NCBI GenBank assembly: GCA_018831195.1
Contig: JAHJDP010000042.1
Coordinates: forward strand, 292 to 64,291
Length of the DNA: 64,000 nucleotides
Direction: 5' to 3'
DNA from: Candidatus Eiseniibacteriota bacterium
GTDB taxonomy: Bacteria > Eisenbacteria > RBG-16-71-46 > CAIMUX01 > JAHJDP01
A program made the translations under genes and the position numbers. Shown piece by piece: positions 28,186 to 38,504 of the stretch (position 1 is its first letter; each line of letters begins with the position of its first letter). Below the pieces are notes generated by a model. It saw only the letters and a program-made list of their open reading frames with translations, was not told where the DNA came from and did not search any database.

Positions 28186-31100
28186 ATGCCCAGAAAGGAA
28201 CTGGTGATGAAACACTTATGCGTCGCGCTTCTCGGCGCTGCTCTGCTGTGCCTATTGATGGCGGGAGCACAGGCCGATCTCCAGACGTTATCGCTCTCCG
28301 TGGCGGAGAATCAGATGACGCTGGAGCAACAAGAACTCGAAACCCTTCAATATCGTGTTCAAGTCGGTGAATTGACGGCAATGGACGTGATGACAACAGA
28401 AGGGGCCTTCTCGCGCCTCATGATTCCCGGATTCCACGCTTCTCAAATTGAGGGAACACCGGAACTACCGATGATGAACCGTCTCATCGAGATCCCCTAC
28501 GGCGCCACAGTGCGTGTCGAGGTGGTTTCATCGGAGAGCCGTCTCGTCAATCTGGCTGATTATGGGATCACACATCCGATCTTCCCCGTCCAGCCGAGCA
28601 TGCCGAAGAATGCCGATCCCGCGACCTGGCCCTTCGTCATCAACCGCGATGCATATAATGTTGAGCGCGTCTCCCGGGAGCTGGTAGCGGTCGTGCCGCA
28701 AGGCCGGCTCCGTTCGGTGAATATCGGCCGGCTCGAGGTTTCTCCCGTCGAGTATTACCCGGCGGAGAATCAGATCCGCGTTTATGAAACGATCGCTTTC
28801 CGCATCCACTTCGATAATGCCGATTTCGAGGCCGGGAATGAATTGAAGGCCGAAACCAGCAGCCCTTTCTTCCAAGTCCTGTACAACATGATCGAGGGGA
28901 CTCGCGATGCCCACGATGATCATCCCAACCTGATGGATAGTTACGCGACGATGGTCATCGTGACCCCGCCCGAATTTGAAAACCAGATGCAGGAGTTTGT
29001 CGATTGGAAGACCGAGTGCGGATATAACGTCATCGTCGCCGTGACGGGAACGCCTGAGGTCGGAAGCACCAAGGAAGAGATCCAGACCTATATCCACACA
29101 CTCTACTGGATGGGCACCGAAGAACAGCCCGCGCCCACATTTGTTCTCTTTGTCGGTGATGTGGAGCAGATGCCGACTTGGACTCTCAGCGGTGACGCGA
29201 CCGATCGTCCCTACTGTGATGTCGAGGGCGATCTGGTGCCGGATATCTATTACGGCCGTTTCTCCGCCACAAACCCAACCCAGCTCCAGGCGATTCTTGA
29301 TAAGACTCTTATGTATGAGCAGTTCACGATGTCCAATCCCAGTTATCTGGGCGAGGTCGTCATGATCGCCGGTATGGATAGTGGTTACGGCGCCACACAT
29401 GGTAACGGTCAGATCAACTATGGCACGAATGAATACTTCAATGCGGCGCACGGTATTTTCAGCCACACCTATCTCTATCCCAATTCGGGAAGCAATGCCG
29501 CCAACATCGTCCAGAATGTCAGCGACGGTGTTTCCTTCATCAATTACACGGCCCATGGAAGCACAACCTCCTGGTCCGATCCTTCCTTCACGCAGAGTAA
29601 TATCAACGGGCTGCAGAATTCCGAAGAGTACTGCACCGCCATCGGAAACTGCTGTTTGACCAGTTCCTACAATATCGGCGAGTGCTTCGCCGAGACCTGG
29701 TTGCGGGCTCCGGATAAGGGCGCGATCGGATATATCGGCGCCAGCAACTCAACCTACTGGGATGAGGATTTCTGGTTTGGCGTCGGTCACACGACAAATA
29801 TCACCGCCAATCCGACCTACGCAGAGACGGGATTGGGCGCCTATGACGGTCTCTTCCATGACCATGGCGAAGCGATGACCCAGTGGTATGTTTGCAACGA
29901 CGCCATCGTTTATGCCGGCAACCTGGCGGTTTTACAATCGGGTTCCAGCCGCATCACCTACTACTGGAATATTTACAACCTCATGGGCGACCCGAGTCTC
30001 AGCACTTATCTCGGTGTTCCCGCGGAAAACCCTGTTGTGTATCCCCCGACGATTTTCACAACCTGGACTTCGATCACAATCGAAGCGGCTCCCGGCAGTT
30101 ATGTCGGTTTGTCGAGAGATGGCGAGTTACTCGGCGCCGGTATGGTGGGTGCGACGGGAACACTTGAGCTTCCTATCTTCGCCACACCACTCCTTCCCGG
30201 ACCGGCAAAGCTGGTTGTCACGGCGCAGAATCATGAGCCGTATATCACCGATGTCTCTGTTATTGTTCCGGCGACGATCTACATCGACCCTACCTGGATC
30301 AATGCCAATGTCGAGACAGAGATCAGCGTCGGTGTTTTTGAGTACGATGGCGTGACGCCGAAGCCGGGAATCGAAGTTTGGGCCGATGGTTTGAATTACG
30401 AATCGGACCACTCTTTCAGCGATGCGACCGGGTATTGTACGATTACGGTGAATTACCCTTATGGCCCCAAGATTGACATTGTGGGACAAAATCCCGCCGA
30501 GCCTTGGGAGCTCTTCAGAGAATATGTCTCGGTGGTTGCGTCGAGTGTACTGGGTGGATTGTCGGTCACGACTGAAGTGGGACTCTCCAATCAGTTTGCC
30601 TTGAATCTACCGGGTGTTCTGCATGCCTCCTGCCCCGTTCCGGATTATACCCTTTGGGCTTTCCTCAACGGGGAACTCGTTGGCAGCACGACCGATTCTG
30701 AAATGGAGATCACTCCCGATGAAACGGGATCGATTGAGGGGATTATAGCCATCAGCGGCTACAATCTTATCAAGCGGACCTTCCCGGTGATTGAAGCTTT
30801 TGGGACCCTGGCGGGTCACGTTGATGCGGACGGCCCGGCGGTCGGGGCGATTGTAAGAGGGTATGACGATGAGGATGATCTGATCTTCACCGCCGTCGCC
30901 AATGCTTCAGGTGACTATAATGTAGGATCCGATATCCTTGTCGCGCCATATACAATTACAGCCGATTATTTCGGATATCTGCACTATGAGACTCCGTTCT
31001 TTGTCAACTACGGCGCGAACTCCCTCGATATCGACATGACCGCCGCTCCCAGCGGCGTTATGACGGGAACGGTCACGCAGTCCCTCTCGGGTCTGCCTCT

Positions 31101-32961
31101 CGAGGCGACGGTGAAGATCTACCGTTCCGACACAATGGAACTTTATGCCGAGACAACAAGCGATCCGTTGGACGGATCCTATACAACGTCCTCACTGCCA
31201 TACTTCGATTATTCTGTGAATGTGAAGGCTTGGCATCATATTCCTCAGACAATCTCGATGACGATCGATCAGAGTGTCCACAATATGGACTTCGTGCTCG
31301 ATCCCACCATCGGCGATCTGTTGTTGATCGATGACTCCGCCAAGTCCGGAATTCATCCGGCGAAGATCGACGAGAAGACAGGTGCGGTGATCGCTGAGGA
31401 ATATACGACCGAAACGGCCAAGACCGCAGCGGATATGATCGCCGACCTGGAAGATCTCGGTTACACGGTGACGTCTGAGAGTATTTCGGTCACCGATCCT
31501 CAGATGTGGGGCAATTATGATCTCCTGATGGTTTGCACCGGTGCGAATACAGGTTCGTTGCCCGATGCCGCGTTCAGGAACAGTCTCATCAATTTCGTTG
31601 AAAACGGCGGGCACCTCCTCATCGAGGGTGGAGAGGTTGGGTATACCTACCGGTCTGATACGAACTTTGGTGCTAAGGTTCTCCACATCACGGGTTGGAA
31701 TTCTGATAGTGGCGGTAATGTCACCGTTGCCGAACCGGACCATTATGTCATGAGTGTCCCGAATGTCATCACCGGACCGATTACGGTGGCTAGTAGTACT
31801 TATGCCGATCAAGACGCGATGGATGCAACCACCGATGCCGTTGTGGTTGGATCCTGGACTAGTTATCCCACGGATGCCAGTATCATCACCTATGACTCGA
31901 ATCCGGCGCCCGAGGGCGGACAGATCGTCTTCTTCTGCTTTAACTATTCTGCGATGGATGCCTCCGTACGGCCTCTACTTCTGCAAAATACGGTGACCTG
32001 GCTCATGACGCCGGAATTCGGCGATTGCACGGTTGAAGGTACGGTGACCTTGCTGGATGAGACAGATCACTCAGGCGTTCTGGTTGAGGTGATCCCGGGT
32101 GGCGCCTCGACCACTACGAATGCCGCGGGTGAGTATGTGCTGGAAGGCCTTTTCAATGGAAATTGCTCGATAAAGGCCTCGAAGGATGGCTGGTCTATCG
32201 GCATGGAGGATATCAGTCTTTCCAGCGGCCAGCATATGACGGGTGTCGATTTCTTGCTGACACCGGTTTTCGCCTCCGAAAGTTGTGAATCACCGGGGCT
32301 CTCGATTCCCGACAGCAATCCCACCGGAGTTTACGATGACATGACGATCAGCATCGGAGGTATGGTGACGGCCGTTGAGGTCTATGTGAACATTACGCAT
32401 ACCTACATCGGCGATCTCATCGTCGACCTCACCTCACCGGATGGAACCAATGTGGTTCTGCACAACCGGTCAGGAGGGACGGCGGAGAATATCATCGGAT
32501 GGTATCCGACCGATCTCACTCCGGCCGAATCGCTGGATGCCTTTATCGGTGATGACACCGATGGGAACTGGAGATTGCACGTCAGCGATAACGCCGGCGC
32601 CGATCTGGGGGTATTGAATGAGTGGTGCCTCAAAATCTTCTATGGCGGCGGTTCCGCGGATGTGCCCGTGAGTGGCGCACCCAAGTCGCTGGCCCTCTTT
32701 TCAAATACGCCGAATCCGTTGAAGATGCAGACAATGATCCGCTTCGATCTGCCGAAAGCGGGTGCTGTTGATCTGAGCATCTTTGATGTCACCGGCCGCC
32801 GTGTCGCGACGCTGGTTTCCGGAGCAAGAGAAGCCGGAACTCACCAAGCGGTCTGGACCGGACGTGATCAGGCCGGGCATCCGGTTGCCAGCGGTGTTTA
32901 TTTCTACCGTCTAGCTGTGGATAACCGCGAATTGACCAAGAAGATGTTGTTGATGAAATAG
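28186..32961 (+). CDS. Giant secreted protein with an N-terminal gingipain-like peptidase C25 domain, Ig-like and carboxypeptidase-regulatory-like repeats, a proprotein-convertase P-domain, and a T9SS-type (Por_Secre_tail) C-terminal sorting domain.
   Basis: The signal peptide is MKHLCVALLGAALLCLLMAGAQA. The C25-like catalytic dyad context is INYTAHGSTTSW...TAIGNCCLTSSYN (His then Cys). The P-domain reads ...VNITHTYIGDLIVDLTSPDGTNVVLHNRSGG...GDDTDGNWRLHVSDNAGADLGVLNEWCLKI. The C-terminal ~85 aa (FSNTPNPLKMQTMIRFDLPKAG...SGVYFYRLAVDNRELTKKMLLMK) match the T9SS CTD pattern. The start is either the ATG at 28186 or the ATG at 28207. Confidence 0.7.
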   Translation: MPRKELVMKHLCVALLGAALLCLLMAGAQADLQTLSLSVAENQMTLEQQELETLQYRVQVGELTAMDVMTTEGAFSRLMIPGFHASQIEGTPELPMMNRLIEIPYGATVRVEVVSSESRLVNLADYGITHPIFPVQPSMPKNADPATWPFVINRDAYNVERVSRELVAVVPQGRLRSVNIGRLEVSPVEYYPAENQIRVYETIAFRIHFDNADFEAGNELKAETSSPFFQVLYNMIEGTRDAHDDHPNLMDSYATMVIVTPPEFENQMQEFVDWKTECGYNVIVAVTGTPEVGSTKEEIQTYIHTLYWMGTEEQPAPTFVLFVGDVEQMPTWTLSGDATDRPYCDVEGDLVPDIYYGRFSATNPTQLQAILDKTLMYEQFTMSNPSYLGEVVMIAGMDSGYGATHGNGQINYGTNEYFNAAHGIFSHTYLYPNSGSNAANIVQNVSDGVSFINYTAHGSTTSWSDPSFTQSNINGLQNSEEYCTAIGNCCLTSSYNIGECFAETWLRAPDKGAIGYIGASNSTYWDEDFWFGVGHTTNITANPTYAETGLGAYDGLFHDHGEAMTQWYVCNDAIVYAGNLAVLQSGSSRITYYWNIYNLMGDPSLSTYLGVPAENPVVYPPTIFTTWTSITIEAAPGSYVGLSRDGELLGAGMVGATGTLELPIFATPLLPGPAKLVVTAQNHEPYITDVSVIVPATIYIDPTWINANVETEISVGVFEYDGVTPKPGIEVWADGLNYESDHSFSDATGYCTITVNYPYGPKIDIVGQNPAEPWELFREYVSVVASSVLGGLSVTTEVGLSNQFALNLPGVLHASCPVPDYTLWAFLNGELVGSTTDSEMEITPDETGSIEGIIAISGYNLIKRTFPVIEAFGTLAGHVDADGPAVGAIVRGYDDEDDLIFTAVANASGDYNVGSDILVAPYTITADYFGYLHYETPFFVNYGANSLDIDMTAAPSGVMTGTVTQSLSGLPLEATVKIYRSDTMELYAETTSDPLDGSYTTSSLPYFDYSVNVKAWHHIPQTISMTIDQSVHNMDFVLDPTIGDLLLIDDSAKSGIHPAKIDEKTGAVIAEEYTTETAKTAADMIADLEDLGYTVTSESISVTDPQMWGNYDLLMVCTGANTGSLPDAAFRNSLINFVENGGHLLIEGGEVGYTYRSDTNFGAKVLHITGWNSDSGGNVTVAEPDHYVMSVPNVITGPITVASSTYADQDAMDATTDAVVVGSWTSYPTDASIITYDSNPAPEGGQIVFFCFNYSAMDASVRPLLLQNTVTWLMTPEFGDCTVEGTVTLLDETDHSGVLVEVIPGGASTTTNAAGEYVLEGLFNGNCSIKASKDGWSIGMEDISLSSGQHMTGVDFLLTPVFASESCESPGLSIPDSNPTGVYDDMTISIGGMVTAVEVYVNITHTYIGDLIVDLTSPDGTNVVLHNRSGGTAENIIGWYPTDLTPAESLDAFIGDDTDGNWRLHVSDNAGADLGVLNEWCLKIFYGGGSADVPVSGAPKSLALFSNTPNPLKMQTMIRFDLPKAGAVDLSIFDVTGRRVATLVSGAREAGTHQAVWTGRDQAGHPVASGVYFYRLAVDNRELTKKMLLMK

Positions 32962-32986
32962 TTTCACACGCCGAGTTAAGTCATTA

Positions 32987-33025
32987 TCCGGCCCCGGGTT
33001 GACACCCGGGGCCGTTTCTTTATCT
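32987..33025 (+). terminator. Rho-independent terminator after the protease gene.
   Basis: The hairpin GGCCCCGGGT-TGAC-ACCCGGGGCC is followed by GTTTCTTTATCT. Confidence 0.6.
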
Positions 33026-33037
33026 CGTTGATTCTCT

Positions 33038-33066
33038 TTGACATATTGTGGAAGGCGACCTATAAT
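33038..33066 (+). promoter_or_regulatory. Consensus σ70 promoter: TTGACA, a 17-nt spacer, then TATAAT.
   Basis: Read directly: TTGACA (33038-33043), tattgtggaaggcgacc (17 nt), TATAAT (33061-33066). This is a perfect match to the E. coli-type consensus, about 100 nt upstream of the 33164 start. Confidence 0.6.
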
Positions 33067-33082
33067 ATTGGCACTATCTAGG

Positions 33083-33098
33083 GGTCAATCTCATTGAC
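33083..33098. promoter_or_regulatory. Perfect 7-bp inverted repeat GGTCAAT-CTC-ATTGACC immediately downstream of the consensus promoter; a candidate operator.
   Basis: Read directly. A third half-site copy (TGGTCAATGG) lies at about 33136-33145, just before the RBS. Confidence 0.4.
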
Positions 33099-33163
33099 CA
33101 CTCATTTGGGCGTCTGTGCCTTCTTGTCGGTGAAGGGTGGTCAATGGAATGGGGGAGATTGAT

Positions 33164-36100
33164 ATGAGAAAGACGACGGTAGTCTATGCTGTTTTTTGTC
33201 TCTTTGTGACGGCCGTCACTGCTTCGGCGCTCACGCCTCGCAACGATCATTTTTTAAATATATCAAGGTCCTCTGCTGACAATCGTGGGAGCGATCGGCC
33301 GCTCAGTGGAGATCGGATCAGTACACGGTCCGACACGGTTTTTTGGGGCGGTCACGACGGCAACGGCTACGCCGTTGTGGGCGGCATCTGGGATTTTGCT
33401 GACGGCACCTTGCAGGGCTGGTATAGCATTGACCAAACATTAAACACCGGCGATACCTATTGGGCCCGCATGACGGCTGATGACTATGAATTTCCGATGG
33501 ACGCGCCGATGACGAATGGCTCCGTGGGGCATCTTTGGTGCGGCGGCGAAAAATCCAGGGCCGTTGAAGAATGCTGGGTCTGTGATGCCGGCGCCACGCC
33601 GGATACCGCGACCTACGGCTACGGGAGCGATCTTTGTCAAAGGGTGACAAGTGCACTCATGAGCTACACAGGGGAAGATATTGCCATCGCATTCAATTAT
33701 TTCACTGATTCGGAGGGCATTGTCTTCGACTGGACAAAGGTCCAGCTTGTGGCCTATGAAGATATGGATGAACTCGAAGTCCTGACGATCGCCGATCTCG
33801 ATGCCGGCATCGAGGGGGCGCCTTATGCACCCGTTGCTTTTGACGACACGCTTTACGCCTTTGAAATCCCAGGGGGAACCGACGGCGTGAAATTGCGGTT
33901 TGAGTTCGTCTCGGATGGGGGATGGGATGATGCCGATGGAGAATATTGTTCCACCTACGGCGCCATCGGACTCGATGATATCGTGCTCAGCGGCGGCGTC
34001 GTCGCGGATTATGATTTTGAGGAGAATGATGAAGGATTTGTCGCCGAGCATTGTCCGGGAATCGGGGATTGGGTGGCTGTTCATGATGTTTCGAACTATA
34101 CAATTTTAGATCCCTGCGACTGCGATTTGGAAAACTATGTCCTCGCGTTTCATGATGAAACTTACCATCACGGTGATCCGGCGGGTGATCAGAATCAATG
34201 GAATATGGCCGTGAGCCCCATTATTGATCGCACCGCTTATCCAGCCGCGGACTATAATAAAATTTTCGCAACTTTTGACATATATGGCGTGATGCCGCGT
34301 GAAAACGGTGTTCTTTACCGCTCGGGATGGTTTTATGAACCATGGGAATGCGAATTCACGGGAGCTTTGGGGTGGTCCCCACGCACGGGTGATTCGAACT
34401 GGCTCTATCTTGGCGCCGCCCCCCTGTGCTACAAGGTGAATTCTTCATGGACCGATGAGGATCTTCCGGGCACCGCTGACTACTATCGCTTCTGTGTTGA
34501 ATTGATGGCGTGCTGTTTGTGCTTCGGAATTAATGATTGTACCGGTGAAAGTAATGAGACGCCGTTGTTTGACAATTTCCGGGTGGCGATGACGCATAAT
34601 CCTGTTGCGCCGCCTATCCGGTATGGCGAAGGCTGCTATTATAATGATGCTTTCAGTCAGAGCATGTTTCTTTATGCCGACGAACCCGGCCGTTGCGATT
34701 CCTGGGTTGTGGAGGCCGGCGCCGAGCCGCCTTATATTTTAGGGGATTCCTTGGCGATCACCGGGCCACCGGTTTGGGGCACCACATCGTCGTGGGAAGC
34801 TCATCTCTGGTTCCGTATTCCCCGTGTCGGTCCCGAAATTGACGCCGGGGATTATTCCGCTTGGAAAAACCGTCTCCCCGGTGATCCGGAAGCGGGGTTT
34901 GTCGCGGTCAGGATGGACTCCTGCCAGACAATCCTGCCCTACGCAAACAAGATGTGCTCCTATTTCCACGAATCGACAATGGGTTTTAATCCGGCTTATG
35001 GCGATCTGACCGATGAGAATGAAATCCTCCCGGATGATCTCTTTACACCCGGCACTTTGATTCAATATTTTGTGACCGCGAATTATATTGGAAATAACGA
35101 GGTCTCATTCGTGGATGACACATCCGGTGGGTTCTTTCGCAAGATCGACATTCTTCCAAGTATGAGGGAGGATCCGATAACTCATGACATCGTCTGGCCG
35201 ACCGTTCTCTATGTGGATGCTTACAATTTGGGCGCGGAGAAGTTTATCCAGCCTGCTCTCAATTCAATCCTCCCTGAGATTCCGGGTGTGGGACCGAACT
35301 TTGATCAATATGACGAGTACGGCTCCACCACACATTTTAATGGAAACTCGATTTACCGAATCTATTACAGCAGCAACAACGGCGCCACACTCCCACAACT
35401 TCTTTCCTACAACACCATTTTCGTCAATACCGGTGATCTCAGCGCCGGCGCGATGGAAGAGTCGGATATGATCGGTCTTGAGGATTGGTTGCTGACCACG
35501 ATCATGGGGGCCTTTGAAGTGCGCCAGGGCTTGATTATGAATGGTAATCAGATGGCCGCCATCATCGAATACCATCGTCCCTCATTTCTTCACAATACGC
35601 TGGGTGCGGAATTGGAATGTTCACCCTACAGCGCTCCCGATTGTCCCGAAGGCACGCCTGAAGATGACTCTTATTGCGTGCAGATCATTGACGCGGAGGG
35701 TTCATCTTTCCCAACGGCCATGGACCTTTACGGCTATGGGAATGGCTGCCCGTTGGCTCTCAACTTTTCCGTCCTCTCCCCAAGCGGCACGGGCCTTGGG
35801 AATCGGAGCTGGTTTGATTATGATCTCAGCGGCCCGAAGGGCGTGGTCGACTATGCCCAGATTGTTCATGAAAACCTTGGCCTCGCCAATTACCGGTCGA
35901 CGATCGAGGGGTACAGTTATCATCGCATCACCCGCTCGTTTGATTCAGAGTTGGGACAATGCTTCGCCGACAGCGCCGGCATCGTGAGCGCCATCGCCTC
36001 AGAGATCTGGGGGACCCTCGATTGGGTGGCTAACGGCCCGCCGGCGGGTGTACCGGATCCCGATGCCGTCGAAACGGCGGTGAATCGCCTCTTCCAGAAC

Positions 36101-36355
36101 AGGCCGAACCCATTCAATCCCCGTACGGTGATCTCTTTCTCTGTCGCCCGAAAAAGCCGCGTTGAGCTGGCGATCTATGATGTCTCCGGGCGGCTCGTAC
36201 GGCAGCTCTTAGACAAAACAGTCGACGCCGGTCTCCAAAACATCACTTGGGATGGAACTGATAATTGGGGGCATCAGGTCGGTTGCGGCGTCTATTGGTC
36301 GCAATTGACGATCAATGACTACAAATCGACCAAGCGGATGGTGCTGTTGAAGTAG
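33164..36355 (+). CDS. Large secreted protein (1064 aa) of unknown function carrying a T9SS-type C-terminal sorting domain.
   Basis: The signal peptide MRKTTVVYAVFCLFVTAVTASA is preceded by a GGGGGAG RBS. The body is Asp/Gly/Trp/Tyr-rich with no recognised catalytic motif. The C-terminus (FQNRPNPFNPRTVISFSVARKSRVELAIYDVSGRLVRQL...GVYWSQLTINDYKSTKRMVLLK) is homologous to the CTD of the upstream protease. Confidence 0.6.
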   Translation: MRKTTVVYAVFCLFVTAVTASALTPRNDHFLNISRSSADNRGSDRPLSGDRISTRSDTVFWGGHDGNGYAVVGGIWDFADGTLQGWYSIDQTLNTGDTYWARMTADDYEFPMDAPMTNGSVGHLWCGGEKSRAVEECWVCDAGATPDTATYGYGSDLCQRVTSALMSYTGEDIAIAFNYFTDSEGIVFDWTKVQLVAYEDMDELEVLTIADLDAGIEGAPYAPVAFDDTLYAFEIPGGTDGVKLRFEFVSDGGWDDADGEYCSTYGAIGLDDIVLSGGVVADYDFEENDEGFVAEHCPGIGDWVAVHDVSNYTILDPCDCDLENYVLAFHDETYHHGDPAGDQNQWNMAVSPIIDRTAYPAADYNKIFATFDIYGVMPRENGVLYRSGWFYEPWECEFTGALGWSPRTGDSNWLYLGAAPLCYKVNSSWTDEDLPGTADYYRFCVELMACCLCFGINDCTGESNETPLFDNFRVAMTHNPVAPPIRYGEGCYYNDAFSQSMFLYADEPGRCDSWVVEAGAEPPYILGDSLAITGPPVWGTTSSWEAHLWFRIPRVGPEIDAGDYSAWKNRLPGDPEAGFVAVRMDSCQTILPYANKMCSYFHESTMGFNPAYGDLTDENEILPDDLFTPGTLIQYFVTANYIGNNEVSFVDDTSGGFFRKIDILPSMREDPITHDIVWPTVLYVDAYNLGAEKFIQPALNSILPEIPGVGPNFDQYDEYGSTTHFNGNSIYRIYYSSNNGATLPQLLSYNTIFVNTGDLSAGAMEESDMIGLEDWLLTTIMGAFEVRQGLIMNGNQMAAIIEYHRPSFLHNTLGAELECSPYSAPDCPEGTPEDDSYCVQIIDAEGSSFPTAMDLYGYGNGCPLALNFSVLSPSGTGLGNRSWFDYDLSGPKGVVDYAQIVHENLGLANYRSTIEGYSYHRITRSFDSELGQCFADSAGIVSAIASEIWGTLDWVANGPPAGVPDPDAVETAVNRLFQNRPNPFNPRTVISFSVARKSRVELAIYDVSGRLVRQLLDKTVDAGLQNITWDGTDNWGHQVGCGVYWSQLTINDYKSTKRMVLLK

Positions 36356-36447
36356 TATCGCCGTGGTTGCATCTCCACGATTTGGGGTCTAATGTTTGGA
36401 ATAATCTTGAGTTTCCGGCAATGACCCCAAATTGTGGAGGCGACCCG

Positions 36448-37509
36448 ATGCAGGCTTCATCCCTTTCATTCCTTGAGAAACTCCTTGAATCCCCCGGGCC
36501 CTCTGGAAGCGAGGGACCTGTACAATCCGTTTTTGAAGCCTATGTCCGCCCTTATGCTGATGAGATCATTCACTCCCCCCATGGATCGGTTGCCGCGATC
36601 CGCAATCCAAAAGGAAAACCCAGGGTGATCCTCACCGGACATGCCGATGAAATCGGTCTGATTGTTCATCATATCGACAAAGACGGATTTCTTTTCTTCC
36701 GCACAATCGGCGGGATCGATCCGGTGACGCTCCCCGCGACGCGGGTGGAGGTTCACACTCAAAAGGGGATGATTCTCGGCGTCATCGGCCGCAGGCCGAT
36801 GCATCTCCTGCAAGGGGATGAGAGGAACAAGGTCGGAAAGATACAGGATCTCTACATTGATATTGGAGCCTCCACAAAGAGTGAGGCGGAAAAGCTGGTA
36901 CGAGCCGGCGACCCGGTGACTTTCCGCAGGGGTCTTTTAAAATTGGGGAAACAGCGTGTGACATCCAAGGCCCTGGACAATCGGGCGGGTGTTTTCTGCG
37001 CCGCCGAGGCTTTTCGATTGCTTGGCCGCACCCAACCGAAGGCCTGTGTGATAGCCCTTTCAACGGTCGGCGAGGAGATAGGAGGGGACGGCGCTTTTAC
37101 AGCGAGCTTTGAACTCAAACCCGATTTGGCGATTGCCGTCGATGTTACCTTTGCGATTGATCAACCCGATGTGACGGAAAAGGACACGACCAACATACAT
37201 CTGGGGCGGGGGCCGGTCATCCAGCGCGGTCCGCGTATCAACAGCTCCATTTCGCGGTTGCTTGAGAAGGCGGCGGCACAGGGCCGGATCAAGCTTCAAT
37301 TTGAGGTTGAAGGCGGGCGGACGGGTACCGATGGCGACGAGATTTATAAAACCCGCGGCGGGGTGCCGCTCGGGGTTGTCACTGTGCCGTGCCGGTATAT
37401 GCACACACCCGGTGAGATTGTCTCGCTCGACGATCTCGAAGCGATTTCCAAATTGCTGGCGGCCTTTGTGAAAGGCTTGGGGCCTCGGACGTCGCTGTCG
37501 CCATTCTAG
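36448..37509 (+). CDS. M42 family metallopeptidase (TET/FrvX/glutamyl aminopeptidase-like).
   Basis: The product reads MQASSLSFLEKLLESPGPSGSEGPVQ...VILTGHADEIGLIVHHIDKDGFLFFRTIGGIDP...ALDNRAG, the conserved M42 pattern. A GGAGG RBS lies 7 nt upstream of the ATG at 36448. Confidence 0.8.
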   Translation: MQASSLSFLEKLLESPGPSGSEGPVQSVFEAYVRPYADEIIHSPHGSVAAIRNPKGKPRVILTGHADEIGLIVHHIDKDGFLFFRTIGGIDPVTLPATRVEVHTQKGMILGVIGRRPMHLLQGDERNKVGKIQDLYIDIGASTKSEAEKLVRAGDPVTFRRGLLKLGKQRVTSKALDNRAGVFCAAEAFRLLGRTQPKACVIALSTVGEEIGGDGAFTASFELKPDLAIAVDVTFAIDQPDVTEKDTTNIHLGRGPVIQRGPRINSSISRLLEKAAAQGRIKLQFEVEGGRTGTDGDEIYKTRGGVPLGVVTVPCRYMHTPGEIVSLDDLEAISKLLAAFVKGLGPRTSLSPF

Positions 37510-37527
37510 GACAAGGATTGATGGTCA

Positions 37528-38493
37528 ATGAACGATCATGAGGATTTCGACGGTAATGATCAGGATATACATCCGAAGTGGCATCCCCTCGCCCGGATCG
37601 CTCTCTATCTTTTCGTCGTTGTCGGCGCCCTACAGCTCCTGATTGGAAGTCCGGCGATCGCTCTTTGGCTTCTTCTCACCGGCCAGGATCCCAATCTTTT
37701 GCTGGATTCGGAGATTGCGGGAGAGGCCTTGCTTTTCGCCTATGCCTTGCTGGCGCCGGCCACGGTGCTGGCGACGATCCCATTCCTCCGAAGGCTTGAT
37801 CGGCGCAGTTTGCGGGAGATGGGCGCCTACTGGCCCGGGGGCAGAAGATCGGTGGCCCTGCGGCAGATTATCCCCGCGCTGGCCGCCACGGTTCTCTTTC
37901 TCGGTCTCTGGCTCTTTATCATTCCTTTCCTCAGCGAGTTTCAGTGGAACGGCCTCAGCGACACCGTTAGAACAGGGCCCGGGTGGTGGCCTTCCCCGGC
38001 CGGGAGTTTTGTCACCTCAATACTCTTTCTGCTCGGCTTTATGGTTCAGGGCGGCTTGGAGGAATGGATTGTCAGGGGATATATATATGCCAATCTAAGG
38101 GATCGGTGGAGCTGGCCGAATGCCGCCGCCGCCTCTTCCCTTATCTTTGCCCTCGGGCATGGATTGAACCCCGAAGTCAGCCCGGTCAGTATCATGAATA
38201 CATTTCTTATCGGCTTGGTCTTGGCCATGCTGGTCGAGTGGACCGGGAGCCTGTGGGCCGCGACATTGATCCACGGTTTCTGGAATTTTTTCGTCGGATG
38301 CGCCATTTCACTTCCGGTCAGCGGTATCACAACCTTCCGAATTTTGGATCTTTCCGTGACGGGGCCGTCGTTTTTAACAGGAGGCGATTACGGCCCCGAA
38401 GGAAGCCTCATTATGACGGGAATGCTCCTGCCCCTCGTCTTTGTCATGGCGCATCGTCTTGACGGGATCAGAAGAGATATCATGACGATCTAG
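37528..38493 (+). CDS. CPBP family intramembrane metalloprotease (CAAX protease/Abi-like).
   Basis: The protein is polytopic. Motif 1 is [12 protein letters not shown] (EExxxR), motif 2 is LIFALGHG (FxxxH), and motif 3 is TLIHGFWN (HxxxN). Confidence 0.7.
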   Translation: MNDHEDFDGNDQDIHPKWHPLARIALYLFVVVGALQLLIGSPAIALWLLLTGQDPNLLLDSEIAGEALLFAYALLAPATVLATIPFLRRLDRRSLREMGAYWPGGRRSVALRQIIPALAATVLFLGLWLFIIPFLSEFQWNGLSDTVRTGPGWWPSPAGSFVTSILFLLGFMVQGGLEEWIVRGYIYANLRDRWSWPNAAAASSLIFALGHGLNPEVSPVSIMNTFLIGLVLAMLVEWTGSLWAATLIHGFWNFFVGCAISLPVSGITTFRILDLSVTGPSFLTGGDYGPEGSLIMTGMLLPLVFVMAHRLDGIRRDIMTI

Positions 38494-38504
38494 GGAGAAT
38501 CAAA

